64,000 nucleotides of DNA, taken from positions 320,001 through 384,000 of the forward strand of contig OZ245015.1 in NCBI GenBank assembly GCA_965223705.1, read 5' to 3'. The notes below the pieces were generated by a model, which did not search any database, was not told the DNA's origin, and was given only the letters and a program-made list of their open reading frames with translations. Both the position numbers and the translations under genes were made by a program. The DNA is from Myxococcota bacterium (lineage in GTDB: Bacteria; Myxococcota_A; UBA9160; UBA6930). Positions 8,918 through 19,187 of the stretch are shown here, in pieces. Positions within the stretch are counted from its first letter, which is position 1. Each line of letters opens with the position of its first letter.

Positions 8918-8942
8918 TACGGGCGAGGGCACGATTCGGTTC
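8918..8942 (-). promoter_or_regulatory. ECF-type promoter of the cupredoxin-like gene
   Basis: GAAC-cgaatcgtgccctcgcc-CGTA (N17). Confidence 0.75.
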
Positions 8943-8986
8943 GATGAGCCCAAGCCGGGCGCCCATTCGGCCGATACGCTCCCCGT

Positions 8987-10483
8987 ATGTCGACCGCCAG
9001 CAGCCTTCATGAACTGACGACCCTGGTGCGCTCCTATCACTCGCTGATCGTGATCGAGTCAGACGAGGAGGAGCGCGCACGCCATCTCGTCGGCGCCGCG
9101 GCGAACGTCTTGGGGGTTTCGTGTTTCGAGTGGTCTGTGGCCCAAGGTCTCCACCTGGCCGTGGGTGCGGAGCCTACGGGGCGCGGTATCACGAACACAC
9201 ATGAGGCAGCCGGGGTGCTCCGTCACTTGCTGACCCTCGAGCGCGATGCGGTGTTTCTCCTCAAAGACTTCGCCGTCCATCTCGAAGATCCGGTGGTCTC
9301 CCGACTGCTTCGCGAAGTATGTCAACGGTTCAGTCGTACGCAGTCTGCGGTGGTGTTGACCGGGAGCTCGGTGACATTGCCGAAACAGCTCGAAGCACAC
9401 ACGGCGTATCTACCCTTCGATCTGCCGACCCGGGAAGAGCTACGAGCCGCCGTGACGAGTCTCGGCGATTCGCTCCTTCGACATTCGGATGTGCGCTTGC
9501 GTCTCGAACGAGAGGAACTCGATCGCTTGGTCGACGCACTGCGCGGTCTGACACTCAACCAAGCCCGCCAGGCGGTGGCCTTCGCCGCGCTCGAGGACGG
9601 CGAGCTCAACGCTTCCGATATCGTCTCGGTGGTCGATCGGAAAGCGCGGCTCATTCAGGACAGCGGTGTCCTCGAATATTTTCCAGCGGACGACAATGAG
9701 TTCGAACTCGGTGGCTTTGAAAAACTCGGAGCCTGGTTGCAACGCGCCGAGCAGGGTTTCAGCGAGAAGGCGGCGGCTCTCAACCTGTCGCCACCGCGCG
9801 GCGTTCTGATGGTAGGCGTTCAGGGATGCGGAAAGTCCCTCGCGGCGAAATCGATCGCCAAGCGCTGGAGGCAGCCCCTGCTGAAGCTCGACGCCGGTCG
9901 ACTCTACGACCGATACGTCGGTGAGTCCGAGAAGAACCTTCGCCGCGCGCTCTCACTGGCGGAAGCGATGGCGCCGGCCGTCCTCTGGATCGATGAAATC
10001 GAGAAAGCCTTCGGCACAGGTGACGAAGGAATGGACGGGGGGCTCAGCCGTCGCGTGCAGGGTCATCTTCTCACGTGGTTGCAGGAACGGCGAGCCGCGG
10101 TCTTCGTCGTGGCGACGGCGAACGACGTGTTCTCGCTGCCTCCTGAACTCATTCGCCGCGGTCGCTTCGACGAGATCTTCTTCGTCGATTTGCCGAAACC
10201 GAAAGAGCGTCAGACGATTTTCGAGATCCATTTGCGGTTGCGACGACAAGATCCGGAGGCCTTCAATGTGGGGGCGCTGGTTGTGGCGAGCGAGGGGATG
10301 AGCGGTGCGGAGATTGAACAGGCCGTCGTAGCCTCGCTGTATCGCGCCCTTCACGAAGACGTGCCGCTCTCCGACGAATTGTTGTTGCGGGAGCTCGATG
10401 CGACGGTTCCACTTTCCCAGAGTCGGCGTGAAGACATCGCGCGTCTGCGGACGCTCGCCGAGCGGTTCAGCCCGGCGAGCTAA
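8987..10483 (+). CDS. AAA+ ATPase, Ycf46-like
   Basis: GVQGCGKS Walker [10 protein letters not shown] Walker [21 protein letters not shown]. Confidence 0.88.
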   Translation: MSTASSLHELTTLVRSYHSLIVIESDEEERARHLVGAAANVLGVSCFEWSVAQGLHLAVGAEPTGRGITNTHEAAGVLRHLLTLERDAVFLLKDFAVHLEDPVVSRLLREVCQRFSRTQSAVVLTGSSVTLPKQLEAHTAYLPFDLPTREELRAAVTSLGDSLLRHSDVRLRLEREELDRLVDALRGLTLNQARQAVAFAALEDGELNASDIVSVVDRKARLIQDSGVLEYFPADDNEFELGGFEKLGAWLQRAEQGFSEKAAALNLSPPRGVLMVGVQGCGKSLAAKSIAKRWRQPLLKLDAGRLYDRYVGESEKNLRRALSLAEAMAPAVLWIDEIEKAFGTGDEGMDGGLSRRVQGHLLTWLQERRAAVFVVATANDVFSLPPELIRRGRFDEIFFVDLPKPKERQTIFEIHLRLRRQDPEAFNVGALVVASEGMSGAEIEQAVVASLYRALHEDVPLSDELLLRELDATVPLSQSRREDIARLRTLAERFSPAS

Positions 10484-11481
10484 GCGGCCTCGAAGGTCGA
10501 CCAGCACCCCGTTGCTTCAAGCCGGGGTCGGATCGCCGCCACGGCGTCAGCGGGTAAGGCAGCGAAGGCTTCGCGAAGCCACTGCAAACACTTGACCTGA
10601 TAGCGGAACGACGGCTGTTCGTAGTCGTGATCGAGGAGGCGTACTCGAACCATCGGCTTGCCATTGGCGATAGCGGCGGCGTTTGCACGAAGAAACGGGA
10701 GGTAGGTATCCCCCGCGATGCGGAGGAGATCGTCGATCGCCGCGACCGGCGTGTCGCTCCAGGTGCCGTCAACACCCGAGAGATCGTCGACCCGCCGCAC
10801 CCAATACTCGGTGAACGGCGCTTTCCCGCGCATCACCGAGAGGGCGGTCGGGTCGGTGGCCAACGTCTTCAGCTGGCCATAGAGCCCAAAATCGGCGAGG
10901 GATGGGCGGGAGCCGAAGAGGAAGCACTCGTTGCCGACAAAGCCTTCCATTGCGGCCAGTAGTCGCCGATAGCTCGCTTCGATGATCGGACCATTGTTCG
11001 GGGTGCACCCGACGAGAGGCATGCGCTCGACTTGACGCTTCCGAAACGTCGCGGCCGCTTGCTCGACCTTCGAGGTCTCGTCGGGTTCCGACGTGTCGCT
11101 CATCACCCATCGCGATGCGAACAGGCCGTCGGTCTCGTAGGCAAAGCGCTGGTAGAACAGCGCCTTGGTCAGCCACTCGTCCGCCATGTCTTCGATGATC
11201 CGGGCTAAGAACGCATGTCCGGGATCGTCGGGAAGAATCGAACGCTCGCTCGGACGATCCTTTTCGATTTCCAGAAGGATCGGTGTGCTGTCCGCCATGT
11301 AGTCTCCGTTCGGGAGCTGCACCACGGGCATGACGGCCGGACGCACGTGCCGCGTCTCTTCGAACATCTGTGGAAACCGGCAGATCCACCGATGGGGGAG
11401 GCGTCGGTAGCGCAGTACCGCGCGAATTTTCACCGTGTAAGGAGAGGATTCAATTCCGATCAGTCGGTAACCGTCCGGCAT
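10480..11481 (-). CDS. Glutathione S-transferase family protein
   Basis: ATG 11481 MPDGYRLIGIESSPYTVKIRAVLRY; DSTPI; FLFGSRPSLADFGLYGQL. Confidence 0.85.
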   Translation of the reverse strand: MPDGYRLIGIESSPYTVKIRAVLRYRRLPHRWICRFPQMFEETRHVRPAVMPVVQLPNGDYMADSTPILLEIEKDRPSERSILPDDPGHAFLARIIEDMADEWLTKALFYQRFAYETDGLFASRWVMSDTSEPDETSKVEQAAATFRKRQVERMPLVGCTPNNGPIIEASYRRLLAAMEGFVGNECFLFGSRPSLADFGLYGQLKTLATDPTALSVMRGKAPFTEYWVRRVDDLSGVDGTWSDTPVAAIDDLLRIAGDTYLPFLRANAAAIANGKPMVRVRLLDHDYEQPSFRYQVKCLQWLREAFAALPADAVAAIRPRLEATGCWSTFEAA

Positions 11482-11521
11482 CCCGTCTATAGTACGGAAC
11501 CCGAGGAGCACCGCCCGAGCG

Positions 11522-12628
11522 ATGGAAGCACGCGCTGTCACGTCACGCCGTTTCGAAGGAGAGAACCGATTCAAACTCGGCCTTTTTTCTTACAACAACT
11601 ACGGTGGGTTGACGAACACTCTCGCACCTGAACGATGGCAAGCAACGTGGCCGAATATGGTCGAGCTCTCAAAACGGGCGGAGGCCGCCGGTCTCGAGTT
11701 CTTGTTGCCTCTGGCGGGTTGGCTCGACCACGACGGCGATGCGGAGACCGATGGACATTTTCACGAGACCCTGACCTGGGCCGCTGGGCTTCTCGCGGAG
11801 ACGGAACGGATTCACGTGTTCGCGACAATCCACGTCCCGTTTCTCCATCCGGTGTTCGCCGCGAAACAGGCGACGACCTGCGACCACATCGGAAACGGAC
11901 GACTCGGTCTCAACCTTGTGGCCGGCTACAACATCGACGAGTTCGCCATGTTCGGCATCCCGTACCGGGAGCACGACGATCGCTACGCGTATCTCGAGGA
12001 ATGGCTCGCCCTTGTGACGCGCCTATGGGCGGAAGACGAGCCGTTTGATTTTGCGGGGCGATTCTTTGATCTGAAACAAGTCTGGGGTCAGCCGAAGCCC
12101 GTTGGCCCCGATCGACCGATGGTCGTGAGCGCGGGTTCCTCGCCCACCGGAAGGGGCTTTGCGCTTCGTAATGCCGACGCGCTCTTCATGGTGATCCCCG
12201 ACATCAAAACGCTTGCGAATGAACTGGCCGTCGTGCGCCGGTCGATGGGCGAGCGAAAGATCAGAATTTTCGCGAGCGGTCACGTGTTCTGCCGCCGGAC
12301 GAAGAGCGAGACCAAGGACTACTACGACTACTTGGTTCACGAACAGGGGGATTGGTCGGCCGGTCGCTACCTCTTGAAGTCCTACGAGGAGATCAAATCC
12401 GTTCCCGCCGAGGTGTTGGCGCAACCGCAGTTTATCGAGCGTTTGATGAGCGGGTACGGAACGTTTCCCGTGGTAGGTGATCCGGATGAGGTCGTCGCGA
12501 CTTTCAAGCGGATTCATGACGCGGGGATCGACGGAATGGCTATCGCTTTGCCGTCTTACCTGGACGACTTCGACATCATCCGCGACGAGGTGCTGCCCCG
12601 CATGGTCCATGCGGGCTTGCGCGGCTAG
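11522..12628 (+). CDS. LLM-class flavin-dependent oxidoreductase
   Basis: AEAAGLEFLLP, DHIGNGRLGLNLVAG, SAGSSPTGRGFA, VGDPDEV. Confidence 0.9.
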   Translation: MEARAVTSRRFEGENRFKLGLFSYNNYGGLTNTLAPERWQATWPNMVELSKRAEAAGLEFLLPLAGWLDHDGDAETDGHFHETLTWAAGLLAETERIHVFATIHVPFLHPVFAAKQATTCDHIGNGRLGLNLVAGYNIDEFAMFGIPYREHDDRYAYLEEWLALVTRLWAEDEPFDFAGRFFDLKQVWGQPKPVGPDRPMVVSAGSSPTGRGFALRNADALFMVIPDIKTLANELAVVRRSMGERKIRIFASGHVFCRRTKSETKDYYDYLVHEQGDWSAGRYLLKSYEEIKSVPAEVLAQPQFIERLMSGYGTFPVVGDPDEVVATFKRIHDAGIDGMAIALPSYLDDFDIIRDEVLPRMVHAGLRG

Positions 12629-13581
12629 CCCGTGCCTTCGATCACACGCTGCCAGCGCGTGACAAACTCGTCGAGCGAGAAGCGCTCGCGCGCGACGTCG
12701 CGTCCCGCCGCACCGATGTGGCGCGCGTATTCGCGGTCCTCGAGCAGCCGACGCGTTCCCTCTTGGAGAGCCTCGGGATCGTCGGAGACTACACCCGACA
12801 CGCCGTCTTCGATTGGGCAGCTCGGGTTCGCGTTCGACACGACGGGAAGGCCGGTCGCCATGGCCTCGAGCGACGCCAGGTTGTAGCCATCTTCCAGTCC
12901 GGCGCGCGCCGTGTGAACGAAGAAGCGGTGATGTCGCAGCAGCTCGCGCAGGTGATTCCAATTCTCGGCGGGCGCCACCCCGGCGAGGTCTGGATTCTCT
13001 CCGACGAGACGGCACGGGTGGTCCGCGTCGAAGACGCGTTCGTGCAGCGGCCAATCGAGGTAGGCGGACTTTGCCGTCACGTGGTTCGCGACCCGCAGGC
13101 CTTCGGCGATGTCCCCCTCCCACGGACCGTACGATGCGACATCGACGGCACCGCGGATCACCGTCGCGGGCAAACCCCAGCTCTCGGCTTTCATCTCGGA
13201 AATCATCACCAACGTCGTCTCGGTCAGTTCGAGATAGCGGCGCACGGTTTCCCGTAGCGCCTCCGGAGACACCGACGCGCCTTCCTGCTCGATGCGGCCG
13301 GTGAGGGAGCTATGCAACACGAGGATTCGCCTACGCGAGGCGACATCCTTTGCGGCGAGCAAATCCGAGAGCGTGTGGCCGATGACGCAGTCGTAGGACG
13401 TGCCCCCCCTCGACAAGTCGGCGATCGAGACCACGCGCACGTTCTCGGGGAGTGGACGCATGCGCGCGTCCCACCCCGCGAAGTGGTGGCCTGGGAGATC
13501 GCAGACGACATCCATCGGGTAGCCCGTCTGTGCCAGGTTGTGGATGTACGCCTCGTGAGAGTTGAAGGTCAGAACCCGCAT
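12625..13581 (-). CDS. Glycosyltransferase (GT-B, family 4-like)
   Basis: EDGYNLASLEAMATGLPVV; IEDGVSG. Confidence 0.85.
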   Translation of the reverse strand: MRVLTFNSHEAYIHNLAQTGYPMDVVCDLPGHHFAGWDARMRPLPENVRVVSIADLSRGGTSYDCVIGHTLSDLLAAKDVASRRRILVLHSSLTGRIEQEGASVSPEALRETVRRYLELTETTLVMISEMKAESWGLPATVIRGAVDVASYGPWEGDIAEGLRVANHVTAKSAYLDWPLHERVFDADHPCRLVGENPDLAGVAPAENWNHLRELLRHHRFFVHTARAGLEDGYNLASLEAMATGLPVVSNANPSCPIEDGVSGVVSDDPEALQEGTRRLLEDREYARHIGAAGRDVARERFSLDEFVTRWQRVIEGTG

Positions 13582-13664
13582 CGATGCCTTTTTCGCGCGC
13601 AGGGCCGCCGAGCGTCGGGGTTTCTATACTCGGAGCATCCTATCGACTTCCGAGGAGGTGAGCG

Positions 13665-14291
13665 ATGAGCGAACTCGACATCTACGACAAGCAGGGCTTC
13701 GGGCACAGCTCCGGGCTCGGAACGCGTCCGGCGCTACTCATCGTCGATTTCGTCAACGGTTTTACGGACCCCGGGGCTTTCGGTGGCGGAAACATCGCAG
13801 AGGCAATCGCGGCGACGCGGGGGCTTCTCGCGGCCGCCCGAGAACACGGCGTCCCGGTCGTCTTCACTCGGGTGGTGTATGCCGACGACGGTTCCGATCT
13901 CGGCGTGTTCGCGACGAAGGCCGTCTCACTCGGGACCCTCACGGAGCACGCACCTCCCGCCCAGATTGTCGATGAGCTCAAGCCCGAGCCGGGGGAGTAC
14001 ATCGTCCGAAAGACCCAGCCTTCGGCATTCTTCGGAACCGAGCTCGCACCGTGGTTGATCGGTCGTGCGGTCGACACGGTCATCGTCACGGGCTGTACCA
14101 CCTCGGGTTGCGTTCGCGCCTCGGTGGTCGATTCGATGAGCCATAATTTCCGGACCGTTGTCGCGCAAGACGGTGTCGGCGATCGCGCGATCGGGCCGCA
14201 CGAAGCCAACTTGTTCGATATGGAACAGAAGTACGCCGACCTCATGACCTGTGACGAACTGATTCGTTACTTCGAGAAGCTCGCGTCTTGA
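13665..14291 (+). CDS. Isochorismatase-family amidohydrolase (N-carbamoylsarcosine/maleamate amidase-like)
   Basis: ALLIVDF, KTQPSAFFGT, GCTTSGCVRASVVD. Confidence 0.9.
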   Translation: MSELDIYDKQGFGHSSGLGTRPALLIVDFVNGFTDPGAFGGGNIAEAIAATRGLLAAAREHGVPVVFTRVVYADDGSDLGVFATKAVSLGTLTEHAPPAQIVDELKPEPGEYIVRKTQPSAFFGTELAPWLIGRAVDTVIVTGCTTSGCVRASVVDSMSHNFRTVVAQDGVGDRAIGPHEANLFDMEQKYADLMTCDELIRYFEKLAS

Positions 14292-14740
14292 AGCACGTCA
14301 TCTGGGCGGTCCTTTTTGCGCTCGGTTGTAGCGGCACTGAAGCGGGTCCTGAAGAGCGCATTCGCGAGGTTCTGGCCGCCGTAGAGCACGCGGCCGAGGT
14401 GGGCGATGTGTCGGAGATCAAGCGGCACGTCGCCGAGGCGTACGCGGACGATCGCGGCAACGACCGGCGCGCGATTGTTCGCTACGTCCAGTTTCACCTG
14501 TTGCGCAACGAGCGCCGCCATCTGCTGACGCGCATCGCTTCTCTAGAAGTTGCAGGCCCCGCACAAGCGCACGCGGTGGTTCACGCCGGGCTCCTCGGGA
14601 GGCCAGCGGAGAACCTCGAAGAGCTCAGTGCCATGCGCGCCGATCTCTACACCTTCGATTTCGACTTTGTCCTGGAGTCGGGAGCTTGGCGGGTGGCCCG
14701 CGCCGACTGGAAGCGCGCCGCGCCCACCGACCTCTTTTGA
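14288..14740 (+). CDS. Putative lipoprotein, NTF2-like fold
   Basis: ALGC lipobox; C-terminal GAWRVARADW. Confidence 0.6.
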   Translation: MKHVIWAVLFALGCSGTEAGPEERIREVLAAVEHAAEVGDVSEIKRHVAEAYADDRGNDRRAIVRYVQFHLLRNERRHLLTRIASLEVAGPAQAHAVVHAGLLGRPAENLEELSAMRADLYTFDFDFVLESGAWRVARADWKRAAPTDLF

Positions 14741-14745
14741 GTGAT

Positions 14746-15546
14746 ATGAACGAGGAGGCAACGCTGATGACGTATGGCGAGGCGACGATGGAGGCGCGTT
14801 CTCCGAACGTGGTTCCGGGCGGCGATTGGCGCATTTGGTTCGGACTGGGCTCGACGTTCTTCTGGGTAGGCCTCGGCATGCTCTATATCGAAAGCAACCT
14901 CGGCTGGGCGTCCTTCGCGACGCAACCGGCGGAGGTCGTCGGATCGTTTCTCGAAGGCGCCTTCGCACCCCTGGCGTTTCTCTGGCTCGTCATCGGATTC
15001 TTTCTCCAGCAGCGCGAGCTGCGCGAGAACAGTCGCGCGATTCGTCTGCAGTACAACGAGCTCCGCCGCACCGCGGAAAGCGCCGAAGCACAGTCGCGCG
15101 CCCTCGAAGCGAACGCCCGCCACCAACAGCGAGAGACTTTCCTGTTGATCAGCGATCGCGTTCACCGACAACTCGGCGCCGTCACCGGTTTGCTCTGGAC
15201 CTCGAGCCAAGCTTCAGGCGACGACCAAGACGCTCCTGAAGAGCTCGTCAACGACCTGTGGGGGCGTCTCGGTGCAGGCGATCCGGAAGCGTTTGCCCGA
15301 CAGCTTTTGGGCCTCTACTACCGCGGCCAGAGCGACGGGCGCGACATGTCGCATCTCTTCTACGGGACTGAAACGAGGACGCGCCACGTCCGCGTGTTTC
15401 GACGCGTCTTCAGGCGTCTTCTCAAAGCCGCAAAGGAATGCGACGGAGAGGACGGCATGATTGTCGAGTCGCTGGTCGGCAGCCCGCACGGCTTGCTCTA
15501 CCGTGTGATCGACGAAGTGCGGGCCACGGGACCCAACGAAGCGTAA
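14746..15546 (+). CDS. Hypothetical membrane protein (2 TM + coiled coil)
   Basis: GSFLEGAFAPLAFLWLVIGFFLQQREL. Confidence 0.7.
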   Translation: MNEEATLMTYGEATMEARSPNVVPGGDWRIWFGLGSTFFWVGLGMLYIESNLGWASFATQPAEVVGSFLEGAFAPLAFLWLVIGFFLQQRELRENSRAIRLQYNELRRTAESAEAQSRALEANARHQQRETFLLISDRVHRQLGAVTGLLWTSSQASGDDQDAPEELVNDLWGRLGAGDPEAFARQLLGLYYRGQSDGRDMSHLFYGTETRTRHVRVFRRVFRRLLKAAKECDGEDGMIVESLVGSPHGLLYRVIDEVRATGPNEA

Positions 15547-15556
15547 GCAGGGAAAC

Positions 15557-17143
15557 ATGACGGCAAAGATCACGTTTCACGGGGCCGCAGGTACGGTCAC
15601 GGGCTCCTCCTACCGGATCGAACACGATTCCGGGACGTTTATGGTCGATTGCGGCATGTTCCAAGGGAACCGCTCGGTTCGCGATCTCAACTACCGCGAC
15701 TTTCCGTTCGATCCCGAGCGGCTCGACTATCTGATTGTCACGCACGCGCACATCGACCATGCGGGGTTGATCCCCAAATTGGTGGCGAAGGGCTTCGACG
15801 CACCCATTTTCGCCACCGCGCCGACGAAAGATTTGTTGAGCTACATGCTGCCCGATTCGGCGAAGATTCAGGAATCCGAGGCCGAACGGAAAAACCGCCG
15901 GAACCTCCGAGAGGGCAAGCCGCGAATCACACCCGCCTATACGAGTGATCACGCACGGGCTGCCCTCCGAAAGATCAAGGTCCGATCCTACAACGGCTGG
16001 TTCTCGCCGGGCCCAGGCGTTCGGGCGCGCTTCTGGAACGCGGGCCATATCTTGGGCTCGGCGTCGGTCGAACTCGAGATCCGAGACGCCGATCACCCGA
16101 AGCGGCCCCTGCGGATGCTGTTCTCCGGCGACCTGGGTCCGGATGAAAAGATGTTCCATCCGGACCCCGACGCACCGAAGGGTTTCGACTACGTCCTGTG
16201 TGAGTCGACGTACGGCGGGGTCGATCGACCCGACTTGACGCTCGAGGAACGCGCCGGAAATCTCGGTCGCGAGATTCGCATGGCGATGGAACGCGGCGGC
16301 AATCTCATCATCCCGTCCTTCGCGGTCGAACGCAGCCAGGAGCTTCTACACGATATCGGTCTATTGATGGTACGCGGGGAGATTCCAGACGTCCCGGTCT
16401 ACTTGGACAGCCCGCTCGCACGAAAAGTCACGAACGTCTTCATCAAACACGCCGAAACCCTCGACGATCTCGGAATCGACGCCAAGGAACTCTTTCAGCA
16501 TCCGCAACTCAAGATCGTCCAGTCTGTCGCGCAATCGAAGCAGATCAAGGACGTCGAGGGCGGCGCGATCATCCTTTCAGCGTCCGGCATGTGCGACGCC
16601 GGTCGCATCAAGCACCATCTTCGCAACAACCTCTGGCGTCGCGAAGCCACGCTGTTGTTCGTCGGCTACCAGGCGCCGGGGACGTTGGGCCACATCTTGC
16701 GTGGTGGGGCGAAGGTTGTGCGCATCCACGGCAGGACCGTCGAAGTGAACGCCGTCATCCGAGAGATCGGCAACTATTCCGCTCACGCCGATTCGAAGGA
16801 GCTCGTCGCTTGGGTCCAAGAGAGAATGCCGGCGACCGGCGGGATCTTTCTGACGCACGGCGAGGAATCGCGCCGGAAAGAACTCCGTCAAGAGCTCATT
16901 CGGGTCGGCCTGCCGCCCGAGAAAGTATTCCTCCCCGCGCTCGACGAGTCGTTCTCCTTGGCCATTGATTCGACGGTGCGAGAAGAGCCTGCCGCGCAGC
17001 GCATCGCACCGAGCGAGCTCGAACGCGATTGGTACAACGACTACGCAGCGCTGATTCTCGAACTGGGCAGGCGGCTCGAAGCGACCTCGGATTCCGCAGA
17101 GCGACGAGCGCTTCTGGGCCGCATTCGGGACGCTCTCGACTAG
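15557..17143 (+). CDS. MBL-fold beta-CASP ribonuclease
   Basis: VTGS, DCGMFQG, THAHIDH, AGHILGS, ESTYG, YSAHAD, THGE. Confidence 0.92.
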   Translation: MTAKITFHGAAGTVTGSSYRIEHDSGTFMVDCGMFQGNRSVRDLNYRDFPFDPERLDYLIVTHAHIDHAGLIPKLVAKGFDAPIFATAPTKDLLSYMLPDSAKIQESEAERKNRRNLREGKPRITPAYTSDHARAALRKIKVRSYNGWFSPGPGVRARFWNAGHILGSASVELEIRDADHPKRPLRMLFSGDLGPDEKMFHPDPDAPKGFDYVLCESTYGGVDRPDLTLEERAGNLGREIRMAMERGGNLIIPSFAVERSQELLHDIGLLMVRGEIPDVPVYLDSPLARKVTNVFIKHAETLDDLGIDAKELFQHPQLKIVQSVAQSKQIKDVEGGAIILSASGMCDAGRIKHHLRNNLWRREATLLFVGYQAPGTLGHILRGGAKVVRIHGRTVEVNAVIREIGNYSAHADSKELVAWVQERMPATGGIFLTHGEESRRKELRQELIRVGLPPEKVFLPALDESFSLAIDSTVREEPAAQRIAPSELERDWYNDYAALILELGRRLEATSDSAERRALLGRIRDALD

Positions 17144-17152
17144 AATGGTTCC

Positions 17153-18166
17153 ATGGCGACGGATTCCCCCTACGTACTGGTCGAGAGCGACGAGCATCCC
17201 CATCCGCCCTCGGCGGAGCCGCACTTCAACGAGAGTGTCTATACGAACGCGTTCGACCATCGGCAACGTTTTGGAGGCTGGTTCCGCCTCGGCAACCGCG
17301 CGAACGAGGGCTACGCGGAATTGTCGGTGTGCCTCTACTTGCCCGACGGTCGCATCGCGTGCCAATTCGCGAAACCTCCCATCGAAGACAACCAGGCGTT
17401 TCAAGCAGGCGGTATGGATTACCGCGTCGTCGAGCCTCTTCGCGAAATCGAAGTGTCTTATTCGGGAGAGGTGCTGCTTCTCGAAGACCCGAATCTTCTG
17501 CGGGTTCCGAGAGAAATGTTCGCCAAGGCCGAGCGAGCTGCCTGTTCTTTCCGGCTGCGGCATCGCGGTTGCTCTCCGGTGAACGGGGGGTTGCCCCGGA
17601 GTCCCGATCAGCAGACCATGTTCGGAAGAGATTTTTCGCTCGGGCACTTCAATCAGCACACGGTCGTCTCGGGCGAAATTGCGATCGGTCGCGACACGCT
17701 TGCGCTGGACGGGTTCGGCTGGCGAGATCACTCCTGGGGTCCGCGGCTTTGGCAGAATATTCTCTTCGATCGCGGCTTCTACGTGAGCTTCGGTGACGAT
17801 CGCGGCTTCACGCTGCTCAAGATCGCGAACCGCGATGGCGAGGTCCGGCGAGCGGGCGTTCTGTTCGTCGACGGCCGCTACGAAGCGGTGACCGATCTCG
17901 ACGTCTTGACGACCTGGGACGCCGATCGCGATCCGACGGCCGTGACGCTCACCGCGCGTACGGCGTCCTGGTCGGCCGTTATCGAAGGCACGGTCATCCA
18001 GACGGCGCCTCTCCGGAATCGTCGGACGCTAGACGGCGAGGAGATTGTCTCGAGAATCGCGGAGGCGTTTACCGAATTTCGCTGGGACGGTCGCATCGGT
18101 TTCGGCATGACCGAGTACGTCGAGCGGCTCGGCCCGGACGGGATCCCGGTCGGTTTTCCGGGCTAG
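17153..18166 (+). CDS. Uncharacterised beta-rich protein (DUF7064/7065-like), paralog 1
   Basis: FNESVY, RLGNRANEG, YLPDGR, GWRDHSWGPR, GMTEY. Confidence 0.7.
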   Translation: MATDSPYVLVESDEHPHPPSAEPHFNESVYTNAFDHRQRFGGWFRLGNRANEGYAELSVCLYLPDGRIACQFAKPPIEDNQAFQAGGMDYRVVEPLREIEVSYSGEVLLLEDPNLLRVPREMFAKAERAACSFRLRHRGCSPVNGGLPRSPDQQTMFGRDFSLGHFNQHTVVSGEIAIGRDTLALDGFGWRDHSWGPRLWQNILFDRGFYVSFGDDRGFTLLKIANRDGEVRRAGVLFVDGRYEAVTDLDVLTTWDADRDPTAVTLTARTASWSAVIEGTVIQTAPLRNRRTLDGEEIVSRIAEAFTEFRWDGRIGFGMTEYVERLGPDGIPVGFPG

Positions 18167-18178
18167 AAAAGGAATCCC

Positions 18179-19180
18179 ATGGCTCAGTTCACGATGACCC
18201 CCGAGGACGAATACAACCACCCACCGACGGCAGACGAGAACTTCAACGAAAGTGTGTACGTCAACGGATTCGATCCCAGTTCGCGAATGGGCGGGTGGTT
18301 GCGACTCGGCAATCGCCCAAATGAGGGCCACGCCGAACTTCAGGTGTGCTTGTACCTGCCCGACGGTCGCATCGCGTGCCAGTTCGAGCGCCCTCGAATC
18401 GAGGCCAACGATCGCTTTGCGGCGGCGGGTATGCGCTACGAAGTCGCCGAGCCGCTGCGCGCCGTCTCGATGCACTATGACGGAGAGCTCATGGTGCTGA
18501 CGGATCCCGAGCTATTGCGCGATCCGCGTCGATTGTTCCAGGAAGCGACGCGGGTGCCCGGCCGGGTCGCTTTCGAATTGCGCGGTGTGTCCCCGATCCA
18601 CGGAGGCGAGCCTACGTCACCCGACCAGCAGACGATGTATGGGCGGGATTTTTCGTACGGGCACTTCAATCAACACACCGAGACGAAAGGCGAGATCAAG
18701 GTTGGCGACGAGCAGTTCTCTTTCGACTCGTTCGGTTGGCGCGACCACTCTTGGGGGCCGCGCTACTGGACGAACATCTACTTTTATCGGCTGCTGATCG
18801 CGAATTTCGGACGTGACCGCGGGCTGATGCTCCTCAAGATCACAGGCCGCGACAACGTGACGCGTCGCGAGGGAGTGCTGCTCTTCGACGGAGACTACGA
18901 AGAAATCACGGATCTCGATCTCGTGACGGAGTGGAGCGAAGCGAAAGACCCGGTGGCGATGGAACTCGGTGTCCGAACCGAGAAGCGGGCGGTTCGGTTG
19001 ACCGGGCGCGTCGCGACTCTCGCGCCGCTCCGCAACCGTCGCCGCGTGGGCGACGAGATCCTTCAGTCGCGGATCGCGGAAGGACTGACCGAGTGGACCT
19101 GGGACGACCGAACTGGAATCGGCGTGACGGAATACATCGAGATCCTCGAGAACGGGGAGCCCGTCGGTTACCCGTTGTGA
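18179..19180 (+). CDS. Uncharacterised beta-rich protein (DUF7064/7065-like), paralog 2
   Basis: Same motifs as upstream gene, collinear over the full length; AAAGGA RBS. Confidence 0.7.
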   Translation: MAQFTMTPEDEYNHPPTADENFNESVYVNGFDPSSRMGGWLRLGNRPNEGHAELQVCLYLPDGRIACQFERPRIEANDRFAAAGMRYEVAEPLRAVSMHYDGELMVLTDPELLRDPRRLFQEATRVPGRVAFELRGVSPIHGGEPTSPDQQTMYGRDFSYGHFNQHTETKGEIKVGDEQFSFDSFGWRDHSWGPRYWTNIYFYRLLIANFGRDRGLMLLKITGRDNVTRREGVLLFDGDYEEITDLDLVTEWSEAKDPVAMELGVRTEKRAVRLTGRVATLAPLRNRRRVGDEILQSRIAEGLTEWTWDDRTGIGVTEYIEILENGEPVGYPL

Positions 19181-19187
19181 GCGAAGG

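Noticed and set aside
8987..10483. AAA ATPase (and the beta-CASP nuclease at 15557-17143) as anti-phage defence components
   Set aside because: Both look like ordinary stand-alone Ycf46-like and beta-CASP families, with no defence partners or compositional anomaly.
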